A DNA stretch of 33,010 bases from an uncultured Gemmatimonadales bacterium (GTDB lineage Bacteria; Gemmatimonadota; Gemmatimonadetes; JACCXV01; JAHWKZ01): the NCBI GenBank assembly GCA_964502985.1, contig CAZCZH010000005.1:1-33010 (forward strand), given 5' to 3'. Below the pieces are notes generated by a model, which searched no databases, was not told the origin of the DNA, and saw only the letters and a program-made list of their open reading frames with translations. Positions 1 through 8,421 of this stretch are shown here, piece after piece. Numbering within the stretch: the stretch's first letter is position 1; the number at the start of each line of letters is the position of its first letter. The position numbers were made by a program, and so were the translations under genes.

Positions 1-507
1 GTCGGCGAACGTGCGGTACCCGTGCACGTCGCCATGGGGCGCCTCGGTGCTCTTGGCCTTCTCCCACACGCTGGGGTTCGTCTCGCGCACCATCTGCTCG
101 CAGTAGTCCACGAACACGAGGTTGTCCTGGAAGATGGCGTGGTCGAAGATGTACTCGGCGCACTCGCCCAGGTTCATGATGACCTCGCCCAGCGCCGGTG
201 GGGAGATCCCGTAGGCCATGTTCTGGGCGTAGATCGAGCAGCACGTGTGGTTGTCGCCGCAGATCCCGCAGATCCGGCTCGTGATGAAGCCGGCGTCGCG
301 CGGATCCTTCCCCTTCATGAATACGCTGTAGCCGCGGAACAGCGACGAGGTCGACTTGCAGTCGACCACCTTCTTCTTGTCGAAGTCGATGTGCGTGTAG
401 ATACCGAGGTTGCCGACGATGCGGGTCATCGGATCCCAGTGCATCGCCCGGATGTTCCCCTGCTGTTGGCCGACCTTCTCGCGTACCGCCTGAGTCTCGA
501 GCGCCAT
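1..507 (-). CDS. hhyL: [NiFe]-hydrogenase large subunit, N-terminal 169 codons (gene runs off the window start); group 1h/5 (high-affinity, actinobacterial-type) signature
   Basis: Own translation of the minus strand from ATG 507..505: MALETQAVREKVGQQQGNIRAMHWDPMTRIVGNLGIYTHIDF...DAGFITSRICGICGDNHTCCSIYAQNMAYG... TSRICGICGDNH matches the N-terminal Ni-binding (L1) motif described for group 1h/5. A G-rich SD-like run (GGGGGGAGGGGGAC) lies directly upstream. The ORF is absent from the track because it is open at the window edge. It sits immediately downstream of the small subunit. Confidence 0.85.
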   Translation of the reverse strand, partial: MALETQAVREKVGQQQGNIRAMHWDPMTRIVGNLGIYTHIDFDKKKVVDCKSTSSLFRGYSVFMKGKDPRDAGFITSRICGICGDNHTCCSIYAQNMAYGISPPALGEVIMNLGECAEYIFDHAIFQDNLVFVDYCEQMVRETNPSVWEKAKSTEAPHGDVHGYRTFAD

Positions 508-520
508 GTCCCCCTCCCCC

Positions 521-1603
521 CTACCTGTTGGCCGGATAGCGCGGGGAATACCCCGTCGTGAGCTCCGGGCGGTTGTGCCGCCACTTGGGCTCCTTCTCCA
601 CCGTCGCGTTGGTGATGCCGCGCATCTTGCGGATGAACGGACCGTAGATGCCCGTCAGCATCGTCGAAAGGCTGCCGCCAGGCGGCTCGTCCATGAAGGG
701 CATGAACTTGTCCGGGAATCCCGGCATCGTACACCCGATGCAGATCCCGCCGACGTTCGGGCAACCGCCGATGCCGTTCATCCAGCCGCGCTTGGGAACG
801 TTGCAGTTCACGACCGGCCCCCAGCAGCCGAGCTTGACCTGGCACTTGGGGGAGTTGTAGTCGAGCGCGAAATCGCCCTGCTCGTAGTACGCCGCGCGAT
901 CGCATCCTTCATGGACCGTCTTCCCGAACAGCCACTGCGGGCGCAGGTTCTCGTCGAGCGGGATGATCGGCGCCCGCCCCGCGGCCATGTACAGGACCCA
1001 CAACAGGGTCTCCATGAAGTTCTCGGGCTGGACCGGGCATCCGGGGATGTTGACGACGGGAAGCCCTCCCGCCGAGCGATAGTCCCAGCCCAGGTAATCG
1101 GCGAGTCCCATGCACCCGGTAGGGTTCCCGGCCATTGCGTGGATCCCGCCGAACGAGGCGCAGGTGCCGATCGCGACCGTGGCCCAGGCCTTCGGTGCCA
1201 GCCAGTCGAGCCACTGGTTGAGCGTGATCGGCTCACCCGTCCGCGGGTCGTTGCCCATCGACGTCCAGTAGCCGTCACCGTTGATCTGCTCGTTCGGGAT
1301 CGAACCTTCCACGACGAGGATGAACGGCATCCCGAGGTCGCCTTCCTTGGCTTGGAAGAAGACGTCCATGAAATCCCCCTGGCCACCACCCAGGGAGTAG
1401 GCCAGGACCTTGTTGTGGAGATGCACCTTGGGAAGACCCGGGATGACCCCCAGCAGCACGTCCTCCAGAGCCGGCTGGGAAGAAGCGGTGATCGACACCG
1501 TGTCCCCGTCGCAGCTCATTCCTTCCGAAGTCCACAGAATCGCGATCTCCTCGAAGCCCGTATCCATCGTCTTCGGGGAACCGGCTTCACTTCTGGCGGA
1601 CAC
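521..1603 (-). CDS. hhyS: [NiFe]-hydrogenase small subunit, no Tat signal peptide
   Basis: Track ORF 521..1714, trimmed. GTG at 1603 is preceded by GGGAGG with a 6-nt spacer; an alternative ATG lies at 1567. The sequence ...EIAILWTSEGMSCDGDTVS...GTCASFGG...GCPVQP...CWGPVVNCNVPKRGW...GGCPNVGGICIGCTMPGF is typical FeS-cluster Cys spacing for NiFe small subunits. The N-terminus has no RRxFxK motif. Confidence 0.85.
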   Translation of the reverse strand: MSARSEAGSPKTMDTGFEEIAILWTSEGMSCDGDTVSITASSQPALEDVLLGVIPGLPKVHLHNKVLAYSLGGGQGDFMDVFFQAKEGDLGMPFILVVEGSIPNEQINGDGYWTSMGNDPRTGEPITLNQWLDWLAPKAWATVAIGTCASFGGIHAMAGNPTGCMGLADYLGWDYRSAGGLPVVNIPGCPVQPENFMETLLWVLYMAAGRAPIIPLDENLRPQWLFGKTVHEGCDRAAYYEQGDFALDYNSPKCQVKLGCWGPVVNCNVPKRGWMNGIGGCPNVGGICIGCTMPGFPDKFMPFMDEPPGGSLSTMLTGIYGPFIRKMRGITNATVEKEPKWRHNRPELTTGYSPRYPANR

Positions 1604-1620
1604 GGTGCACCTCCCTCTCC

Positions 1621-1968
1621 CTAGGCAACGGCCATCCCCTCCACTTCCAACGCATCGACGAACAGCTCCTCCCCCTGCACCACCGCGACGTCGAACCCGC
1701 CGCAACCCGCGCATACCAGCGGAAATCCCTGGACACCGCTCTCCGATCCACAGGCGCGACAGGATACGCGGGCCGGGACTTCGATCAGGGCCAGCTCGGC
1801 CCCCTCCACCGCCGTGCCGACGGCGACCATCTCGAAGGCGAACGACAGGGCCGACGGAACGACCTGCCGCAGGTGGCCGACCTTGACCTCCACGCGAGTA
1901 ACCTTCCGGCCAGCCGCGTGCTCGTCGGCGATGCGCACGATCGCGTCGGCGATCGACAGCTCGTGCAT
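1621..1968 (-). CDS. hypA: Hydrogenase nickel-insertion protein HypA
   Basis: MHELSIADAIV... N-terminus and two CxxC pairs (CRAC...CAGC); 115 aa. Its ATG overlaps the hypE stop (ATGA at 1965..1968). The upstream part of track ORF 1621..2382 is an R/G-rich shadow frame. Confidence 0.9.
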   Translation of the reverse strand: MHELSIADAIVRIADEHAAGRKVTRVEVKVGHLRQVVPSALSFAFEMVAVGTAVEGAELALIEVPARVSCRACGSESGVQGFPLVCAGCGGFDVAVVQGEELFVDALEVEGMAVA

Positions 1969-3083
1969 CAGCAGATCCTGGGGAGCGGGTCGCCGACCAG
2001 CAAATCCATCACGCGCCTCCCGCCGAACGCCGTGTCGACCAGCACCATGCCGTGAGGCTGGGAGCGGACGGCCCCGATCGCAGCCGCCGCCTCGCACCCG
2101 GGAACCGCGCGCAATGCGGCCAGAGCGTCGTCCGCCGCCTCGGGCGCGACGAACGCCACCAGGCGCCCCTCGTTCGCCACATACATCGGGTCGATCCCCA
2201 GGATCTCGCATGCACCGGCGACGGCCGGATGGACGGGCACGGCGCCCTCTTCGACGAGAATCGCGACGCCGGACGCCCGGGCCAGCTCGTTGAGCACCGA
2301 GGCCACCCCTCCGCGGGTCGCGTCGCGGACGGCGCGCAGGCTCGGCCCGGCGGCCTCCAGCAGCGCGTCGACGGCGTTCCACAGAGGCGCCGTGTCGGAC
2401 TCGATCGCGGCGTCCAGCTCGAACTCGCCGCGCGCCAGCATGATCGCCGTGCCGTGCTCGCCGATCGGCCCCGACACGAGGATTTGATCGCCAGGCCTCA
2501 GCGACGACGGACCCAGTCGGGCCCGCGGGTCCAGGCGTCCGAGACCCGTCGTGCAGACGTACATCTGATCGGCGTGTCCGCGCTCGACGACCTTGGTGTC
2601 GCCGGTCACCACCTCGACCTCGGCGGCGCGTGCCGCGGCGGCGATGGCTTCGATCTCGGCGCGCAGGGTCTCGGCCGGCAACCCCTCCTCCAGCACGAGC
2701 GACAGCGCGAGCGCGAGCGGGCGCGCGCCGACGGAAGCCAGATCGTTCACCGTGCCGTTTACCGCCAGCTCGCCGATCGATCCGCCGGGGAAGCGGATCG
2801 GCTTGACGACGAACGTATCCGTCGTCAGGGCCAGGCCCTCGCCGCCTACCCGGAAGACGCCCGCGTCGTCCAGCGCGCCCAGCGTCTCCGAGGCGAACGT
2901 CGGGACCAGGAGCCCCTCTATGAGTGTCCGCGTGGCCCGCCCGCCGGCGCCATGGGCCATCGTGATGCGCTCATCGCGGAAGCGCGCCGGCATGGCACGT
3001 ACCTTGGCGATCTTGTCGAGCGCCTCCTGCTCGCGAGCGTCGGGATCGGCGATCTCCGCCCGGGTCTCCTCGAGCGGGCTCAC
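1968..3083 (-). CDS. hypE: Hydrogenase maturation carbamoyl dehydratase HypE
   Basis: ...ITMAHGAGGRATRTLIE..., AIR-synthase-like body, and the C-terminal PRIC motif. GTG at 3083 overlaps the hypD stop (GTGA). An alternative ATG at 2993 would give 341 aa. Confidence 0.88.
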   Translation of the reverse strand: MSPLEETRAEIADPDAREQEALDKIAKVRAMPARFRDERITMAHGAGGRATRTLIEGLLVPTFASETLGALDDAGVFRVGGEGLALTTDTFVVKPIRFPGGSIGELAVNGTVNDLASVGARPLALALSLVLEEGLPAETLRAEIEAIAAAARAAEVEVVTGDTKVVERGHADQMYVCTTGLGRLDPRARLGPSSLRPGDQILVSGPIGEHGTAIMLARGEFELDAAIESDTAPLWNAVDALLEAAGPSLRAVRDATRGGVASVLNELARASGVAILVEEGAVPVHPAVAGACEILGIDPMYVANEGRLVAFVAPEAADDALAALRAVPGCEAAAAIGAVRSQPHGMVLVDTAFGGRRVMDLLVGDPLPRIC

Positions 3084-4195
3084 ACGACGGCCCGATCCCG
3101 GGCGAAGCGCCCGTAGTTGTAGTACGCGGCGCACGCGCCCTCGCTCGACACCATGCACGTGCCGATCGGCCGCTCGGGCGTGCACGCGGTGCCGAACACC
3201 TTGCACTCCCAGGGCTTGATAACGCCCTTCAGGACCTCGCCGCACTGGCACGCCTTGGGGTCCGCCACACGCACGCCCGGCACCTCGTAGCGCAGCTCGG
3301 CGTCGATCGCGGCGTACTTCTCGCTCAGCTTCAAACCGCTGTGCGAGATGAACCCCAGCCCGCGCCACTCGAAGTGCGGGCGCAGCTCGAACACGTCCGC
3401 CATGACCGTCAGGGCGCGGGGATTCCCCTCGTACGGGACGACACGCTTGTACTGGTTCTCGACCTCCGTCCGGCCCTCGGCGAGCTGGCGCAGCACCATG
3501 TAGATCGACTGCAACAGGTCGAGCGGCTCGAATCCCGACACGACGACGGGCTTGCCGTAATCGGCGGGAATGAACTCGAACGGCCGCGCCCCGACGACGG
3601 TCGAGACGTGGCCTGGGCCGATGAATCCGTCGAGGCGCAGGTCGGGCGATTCGAGAAGCGCCCGCAGCGGAGGGACGATCGTGACGTGGTTGCAGAAGCA
3701 GAAGAAGTTGGGCACCCGCTCTTGGACGGCCCGGCGCACGGTCAGCGCCGTCGAGGGAGCGGTGGTCTCGAAGCCGATGGCGAAGAACACGACGTCGCGG
3801 TCGGGATTCTCGCGAGCGATGCGCAACGCGTCGAGCGGCGAGTAGACCATCCGGACGTCCGCGCCAGCGGCCTTCGCCTCGAGCAGGGTCCCGTCCCCCC
3901 CCGGCACGCGCATCATGTCGCCGAAGCACGTGAAAATGACCCCCGGCTGCCGGGCCACCGCGATTCCGTCGTCCACGCGACCCATGGGGATCACGCAGAC
4001 CGGGCATCCCGGTCCGTGAACGAGCTCCACGTTGGTCGGCAGGAGATCATCGACGCCGTACTTGTAGATCGTGTGCGTGTGACCGCCGCACACTTCCATG
4101 ATCTTGTAGCGCCGCCCGGGCTCCACGATGTCGCGGATCTCGGACGACAGGTGCTTGCCGAGCTCGGGATCGCGAAACTCGTCGACGAACTTCAT
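3080..4195 (-). CDS. hypD: Hydrogenase maturation protein HypD
   Basis: MKFVDEFRDPE..., with the motifs EVCGGHTH, GPGCPVCV, GFETTAP and PGHVS. Its ATG at 4195 overlaps the stop of the upstream gene (ATGA). Confidence 0.92.
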   Translation of the reverse strand: MKFVDEFRDPELGKHLSSEIRDIVEPGRRYKIMEVCGGHTHTIYKYGVDDLLPTNVELVHGPGCPVCVIPMGRVDDGIAVARQPGVIFTCFGDMMRVPGGDGTLLEAKAAGADVRMVYSPLDALRIARENPDRDVVFFAIGFETTAPSTALTVRRAVQERVPNFFCFCNHVTIVPPLRALLESPDLRLDGFIGPGHVSTVVGARPFEFIPADYGKPVVVSGFEPLDLLQSIYMVLRQLAEGRTEVENQYKRVVPYEGNPRALTVMADVFELRPHFEWRGLGFISHSGLKLSEKYAAIDAELRYEVPGVRVADPKACQCGEVLKGVIKPWECKVFGTACTPERPIGTCMVSSEGACAAYYNYGRFARDRAVV

Positions 4196-4458
4196 GGCGG
4201 TCCCTCTACGTCGAGACGCAGCAGGGCCGTGCCCGCGTGGACGAGCAGGGTTTCGCCCTTGCGCACAGGGCCTACCAAGTCGACCTGGACATGCTGCCGG
4301 CCGCCGGCTTGGTCCTCGCACGTCGCGATCCCCTCACGCTCCTCGCTCACGACCCGCATCGGGATCCCCTCGTCCGAGCACGTCACGCAGTGGTCGGTGA
4401 CGCAGCGTCCGGCGCGCTCCGGATCCCGCGCGCGATCATCGCGATTGCGGACCGTCAT
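4192..4458 (-). CDS. HypC/HybG/HupF-family paralog with an N-terminal extension carrying CxxC
   Basis: 88 aa: MTVRNRDDRARDPERAGRCVTDHCVTCSDEGIPMRVVSEE...GETLLVHAGTAL. The segment C-S-D-E-G-I-P-M-R-V-V aligns with the MCLAIPGRIV start of canonical HypC, but it follows a 26-aa leader. ATGA overlaps at both ends (with hypC and hypD). Confidence 0.65.
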   Translation of the reverse strand: MTVRNRDDRARDPERAGRCVTDHCVTCSDEGIPMRVVSEEREGIATCEDQAGGRQHVQVDLVGPVRKGETLLVHAGTALLRLDVEGPP

Positions 4459-4733
4459 TCGATCAGGCTCGCCTTCAGCTCCTCCATCTCCAGCTCGTAT
4501 TCGCTGCCCATCCGTTCCAATAGGCGCAGCGTCGCTTCGGCCTCCGCCTCGTCGACTCGCGAGATGGCGAACCCGACGTGGATCAGGACCCAGTCGCCCG
4601 GCCCGGCGCCGCCCTGTTCCTCGTCGAGAAGTCCGATGTTGATGTTTCGCTGGACGCCCGCCACGTCGACCTTGGCGATCCGATTCACCTCGTCGACCAG
4701 CTCGACGATGCGACCGGGGATGGCCAGGCACAT
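4455..4733 (-). CDS. hypC: Hydrogenase maturation chaperone HypC
   Basis: Internal start of track ORF 4455..4814: MCLAIPGRIVELVD...WVLIHVGFAI, the canonical N-terminal Met-Cys. GGGAGG sits 6 nt upstream of the ATG at 4733. Confidence 0.9.
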   Translation of the reverse strand: MCLAIPGRIVELVDEVNRIAKVDVAGVQRNINIGLLDEEQGGAGPGDWVLIHVGFAISRVDEAEAEATLRLLERMGSEYELEMEELKASLIE

Positions 4734-4764
4734 GGGCGACCTCCCGGAAGGGGTGGGGAAGACA

Positions 4765-4792
4765 GGAGACAGGGTCGGGAGGCCTTGTCTCC
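4765..4792 (-). other. Hairpin in the putative 5' leader of hypC
   Basis: GGAGACA (4765..4771) pairs with TGTCTCC (4786..4792) and is extendable by 2-3 bp. It lies 32-59 nt upstream of the hypC ATG. Confidence 0.3.
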
Positions 4793-4854
4793 TCGGATAC
4801 CCCGGTTCTAGCACATACCGCAGCGCGCCGCAAGCGGGGTTTTTCCGCGCTCGG

Positions 4855-4873
4855 CAGCGGGGAATTCCCGCTG
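4855..4873. repeat. Inverted repeat CAGCGGG-GAATT-CCCGCTG in the region upstream of the hyp operon
   Basis: 7-bp perfect arms around a GAATT centre, about 120-140 nt upstream of hypC. There is no U-tract on either strand. Confidence 0.25.
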
Positions 4874-4968
4874 TTCGGGGCGGCCCTCCATTATGCGGGA
4901 TCGACCGCGGTCACCATGTAAGGGACCTGACAACGGTACCGAGGCCCCCCACCCGGGGAACCTCCCGC

Positions 4969-5406
4969 TCAATCGGCTTCGATGTCCGGCGTGTCGACGT
5001 CCGGCTCTCCGCGCTGGCGCTTCTCGCGGGCGAGGCGCGCCAGCTCCAGGTAGCGGGCGCGGATCCGCTCCAGGTCGCGCTCGGTCAGCTCCTCCAGATC
5101 GAGCAGAGCGTTGTGGGCGCCCTCCACGGAGCGGATCAGCTCGTCCAACTTGAGCTGCACGGCGGCCCCGTCGCGGTTCTGCGTGTTCTGAATGAGGAAC
5201 ACCATCAGGAACGTGACGATCGTCGTGCCCGTATTGATCACCAGCTGCCACGTGTCGCTGTAGTGGAACACGGGCCCGGTCAGGGCCCATACGGCGATGA
5301 CCGTGATGGCCAGCAGGAACGTCGCCGGGTGGCCCGCGGCGCGGGACGTCCAGCGGGCCAAGCGCCCGAACGGGCTCCTCAGGTAGAGTCGATGCACAGA
5401 ATCCAT
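4969..5406 (-). CDS. Low-affinity iron permease family membrane protein (PF04120-like)
   Basis: Two TM helices followed by FLIQNTQNRDGAAVQLKLDELIRS, the hallmark segment of this family as I recall it. GGAGG lies 4 nt upstream of the ATG. Confidence 0.7.
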   Translation of the reverse strand: MDSVHRLYLRSPFGRLARWTSRAAGHPATFLLAITVIAVWALTGPVFHYSDTWQLVINTGTTIVTFLMVFLIQNTQNRDGAAVQLKLDELIRSVEGAHNALLDLEELTERDLERIRARYLELARLAREKRQRGEPDVDTPDIEAD

Positions 5407-5436
5407 GCGGCCTCCTGACGTGGCGTCCGGACCTTC

Positions 5437-7347
5437 TCACTTGGTCCAGGTGTTGTTCTGTGGATTGACGTCGCCCCACTCCGGTCCAGCGTTGACGGTG
5501 ATCCGCGTGGCCTTTGCCGGGAGCATGAGCGTCGCCGTGGCGCGGTCCGTCCCGTAGAAACCGATCGACGGGATGGTCACCGAAGTGCTGTCTCCATCGG
5601 CCGTCGTCGCCGTGACGTGGGCCGGCATCGGCAGGGCCCCGCGCATGTCGATGGTGACGGTCACGGTCGTCATCCCACCGGCCTGTCCCTGGTCGACTCC
5701 CAGGATCGCCACGTCGCTCGTCGCCGTCGTGTTGATCCATCCGTTCCAGAACGTGTCCAGGTCGAGCCCCAGCTCGTCCGACATGGTGCGGAAGAAGTCG
5801 GCCGGCTGTGGATGGTTGAACGCCCAGCGCCGGGCATAGGCCGAGAACGCGTCACCGAACGCGTCCGGCCCGACGATCGCCCGCAACGCGTTTAGCATGA
5901 CCGCTGGCTTGACGTAGGCCCCGATCCCCAGCGCGGCGCCGCCTGGCTCGAACTCGTCGGGGAGGGTCCCGATCGGCTGGTCCACCGACGCTCGGGAAGC
6001 CGCCGCGTACTGGGCCACGTTCTCCAGGAACGGATGGCTCTGCGGGAAGTAGTCGGCCTTGCTGAACTGGTTGATGAACGTGTTGAATCCCTCGTCCATC
6101 CAGGCGTAGCGCCGCTCATCGGAGCCGACGACCATCGGGAACCAGGAATGGCCCCACTCGTGGTCGATGACGTCGAACAGGTCCTCGCGCCCCGACTCGG
6201 CGGAGACAAAAACCACCATCGGATACTCCATCCCCAGCACCGGCCCCTCGACCGCGGTGGCCGTGGGATATGGGTAGTCGATCAACATGTTCGAGTAGAA
6301 CTCCATGGCGTGCTTCGTCATCTGCGCCGCTTCGCCCCAGGCAGGCAGGGCCTCGGGCCGGAACAGCGCATTGACGAGAACCTTCCCTCCGTTGGCCGAG
6401 GTGGCGTCCCACAAGACGCGCGGACTGGCCATCCAGGCGAAGTCACGCACGCTGTCGGCGCGGAACTTCCATGTCAGCGTCCCGTCCGTGCGCGGGCGGA
6501 ACGCGGACGGAGAATCGAGCTCGTCGCGGGTCACGACGTGGACGACCTGGGAGCCCTGGCGGGCCTCTGCCAGGCGCTCGCGCTCGGTGGCCGTCAAGAC
6601 CGCATCGGGATTCTTCAGCGACCCCGTCGCTCCGACGAGATACGGGGCGGGGACCGTCAGCTCGACGTCGAAGCTGCCGTACTCCAGATAGAACTCGCCC
6701 TGCCCGAGGTACGGCAGGGTGTTCCAGCCGCGCACGTCGTCGTACACGGCGAGCCGAGGATACCACTGGGCGACCACGTAGTGATCTCCGTCGCGCCCCA
6801 TGCGGTCCGCGCCATGCTCCGGCACGAGGAATGACCAGTCGAGGGACAGGGTCGTCGTGCCGCCGGGCGGCAACGGCCGGGACAGGTCGACGCGCATCAC
6901 GGTGTCCACGATGCGATGGTTCAGCGCAGTCCCGCCCGAGGCCACCTTCGAGATGTCGAACCCGCCGCCCGGGATCGCCCCGCCGAAGCGCCGGTCCCGG
7001 CTGAAGACCTGGGCGCCCTCACTGCCGGGCCGGAACAGGTTCTGGTCCAGCTGCAGCCAGACGAACGACAGCGTGTCGGGGGAATGGTTGGCGTAGGTGA
7101 TCGTCTCCGTGCCGTTGATCTGGTGTTTCGTCGGATCGAGGGTAGCCCGGATGTCGTAGTCCACGCGCTGCTGCCAGTACTGCGGCCCCGGACGGCCCGA
7201 CGCCGTGCGGTACACGTTGGGCGTCGGCAGGTGGATCGGCGCGAAGCGCGCATCCGTCGTCTGATGGTCCTGCTGGGCCGCCGCGGGGGCCGCCCACGTC
7301 AGCACGGCCAGCACGACGAGCGCCCGGCGGAGCGGTGGGAGTGGCAA
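5437..7347 (-). CDS. Secreted M1-family (gluzincin) metallopeptidase
   Basis: HEWGHSWF (HExxH) plus WMDEGFNTF (third zinc ligand Glu), and GMEYP in place of GAMEN. The start was moved to TTG 7347, preceded by AAGGAGG. This gives the signal peptide LPLPPLRRALVVLAVLTWAAPAAAQQ. Confidence 0.8.
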   Translation of the reverse strand: MPLPPLRRALVVLAVLTWAAPAAAQQDHQTTDARFAPIHLPTPNVYRTASGRPGPQYWQQRVDYDIRATLDPTKHQINGTETITYANHSPDTLSFVWLQLDQNLFRPGSEGAQVFSRDRRFGGAIPGGGFDISKVASGGTALNHRIVDTVMRVDLSRPLPPGGTTTLSLDWSFLVPEHGADRMGRDGDHYVVAQWYPRLAVYDDVRGWNTLPYLGQGEFYLEYGSFDVELTVPAPYLVGATGSLKNPDAVLTATERERLAEARQGSQVVHVVTRDELDSPSAFRPRTDGTLTWKFRADSVRDFAWMASPRVLWDATSANGGKVLVNALFRPEALPAWGEAAQMTKHAMEFYSNMLIDYPYPTATAVEGPVLGMEYPMVVFVSAESGREDLFDVIDHEWGHSWFPMVVGSDERRYAWMDEGFNTFINQFSKADYFPQSHPFLENVAQYAAASRASVDQPIGTLPDEFEPGGAALGIGAYVKPAVMLNALRAIVGPDAFGDAFSAYARRWAFNHPQPADFFRTMSDELGLDLDTFWNGWINTTATSDVAILGVDQGQAGGMTTVTVTIDMRGALPMPAHVTATTADGDSTSVTIPSIGFYGTDRATATLMLPAKATRITVNAGPEWGDVNPQNNTWTK

Positions 7348-7461
7348 GAGGTCCTCCTTCGGATGATGGTCGCGCGCGTCGCGTTGCGCGCGGAATCGAG
7401 CGATCGATACGTTACGGCGAATCACGATCCCCTCAATCTCGGTCCGAGGCGTCCACCCGTC

Positions 7462-8400
7462 ATGCTGCAGTACGCGCTGCGTCGCATCGTGCACACGATC
7501 CCGGTGCTGATCGGGGTCCTGATCGTGACGTTCTGTCTACTGTACCTCGCGCCGGGCGATCCGGTCCTGGCGATGGTCGGCGACCGCTTCGATCCGGAGA
7601 CGCTGGCGCGGCTGCGAGCCGAGCTGCACCTCGACGAGCCGGTGTGGGCCCAATTCGGGCATTACGTCGCCGGGCTCGTGCGGGGCGACTGGGGCCGCTC
7701 GTACATGACTCGCCAGCCCGTGCTGGAGGGGATCCTGGAGCACTTCCCCAAGACGCTCTACCTGGCCACCACGGCGATGCTGTTCGCCACCGTCACCGGA
7801 ATCCTGATCGGGATCGTGACCGCCGTCCGGCAGTCGACCTGGATCGACGGGCTGGGGATGACCTTCGCCTTCCTGGGGATCTCGTTCCCCGTGTACTGGG
7901 TGGGGCTGATCCTGATCCTCCTCGTGTCGGTCACCTGGGGACTCCTGCCGGCATCCGGGTTCGGCGGGGGCGCCCTGCCGTACCTGGTGCTTCCCGCCCT
8001 GACCCTCGGCATGCGCTCGACGGCGTACATCGCGCGCCTGACGCGCTCGTCCATGCTGGAGGTCGTGCGGCTCGACTTCATTCGCACGGCCCGCGCCAAG
8101 GGGCTCGGGGAAAGGACGGTCATCTTAAAGCACGCGCTCAAAGCGGCCCTCATCCCGGTCGTGACGGCAATCGGCCTCGATTTCGGGGCCTACCTGTCGG
8201 GCTCGGTCCTGACGGAGTCGATCTTCGCCTGGCCGGGGATCGGCCGCTACGCCCTCAACGCGATCCTCAAGCGCGACCTGCCGGTGATCCAGGGAACGGT
8301 CCTGTTCCTGGCCATCGTGTTCGTCCTCGTCAACCTGGCCGTCGACCTGCTGTACGGCTGGCTCGACCCGCGTATCCGCTACGAGCGGCGCGGGGGCTGA
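7462..8400 (+). CDS. Peptide/nickel-type ABC transporter permease (DppB/OppB-like)
   Basis: MLQYALRRIVHTIPVLIGVLIVTF...YLAPGDP... is a typical N-terminus of this permease family; six predicted TM segments. Internal ATG of track ORF 6916..8400. Confidence 0.85.
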   Translation: MLQYALRRIVHTIPVLIGVLIVTFCLLYLAPGDPVLAMVGDRFDPETLARLRAELHLDEPVWAQFGHYVAGLVRGDWGRSYMTRQPVLEGILEHFPKTLYLATTAMLFATVTGILIGIVTAVRQSTWIDGLGMTFAFLGISFPVYWVGLILILLVSVTWGLLPASGFGGGALPYLVLPALTLGMRSTAYIARLTRSSMLEVVRLDFIRTARAKGLGERTVILKHALKAALIPVVTAIGLDFGAYLSGSVLTESIFAWPGIGRYALNAILKRDLPVIQGTVLFLAIVFVLVNLAVDLLYGWLDPRIRYERRGG

Positions 8401-8421
8401 CGTGCAGGATATCTGGCGCTG

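Noticed and set aside
22-561. 179-aa plus-strand ORF at the window start
   Set aside because: It lies antisense to the hydrogenase large-subunit N-terminus, whose minus-strand translation carries an unmistakable NiFe L1 motif. This is a shadow frame.
1604-1714. N-terminal extension of the small-subunit ORF with an RRVRRR stretch that could be read as a Tat signal
   Set aside because: The extension overlaps hypA, is R/G-rich shadow sequence, lacks the RRxFxK context and a hydrophobic h-region, and a strong SD precedes the GTG at 1603.
3084-4007. Upstream 308 codons of the 679-aa ORF containing hypE (and, similarly, 1969-2382 upstream of hypA)
   Set aside because: Arg/Pro/Gly-rich and fully overlapping the well-supported hypD (or hypE) frame. 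The real starts are marked by stop/start overlaps.
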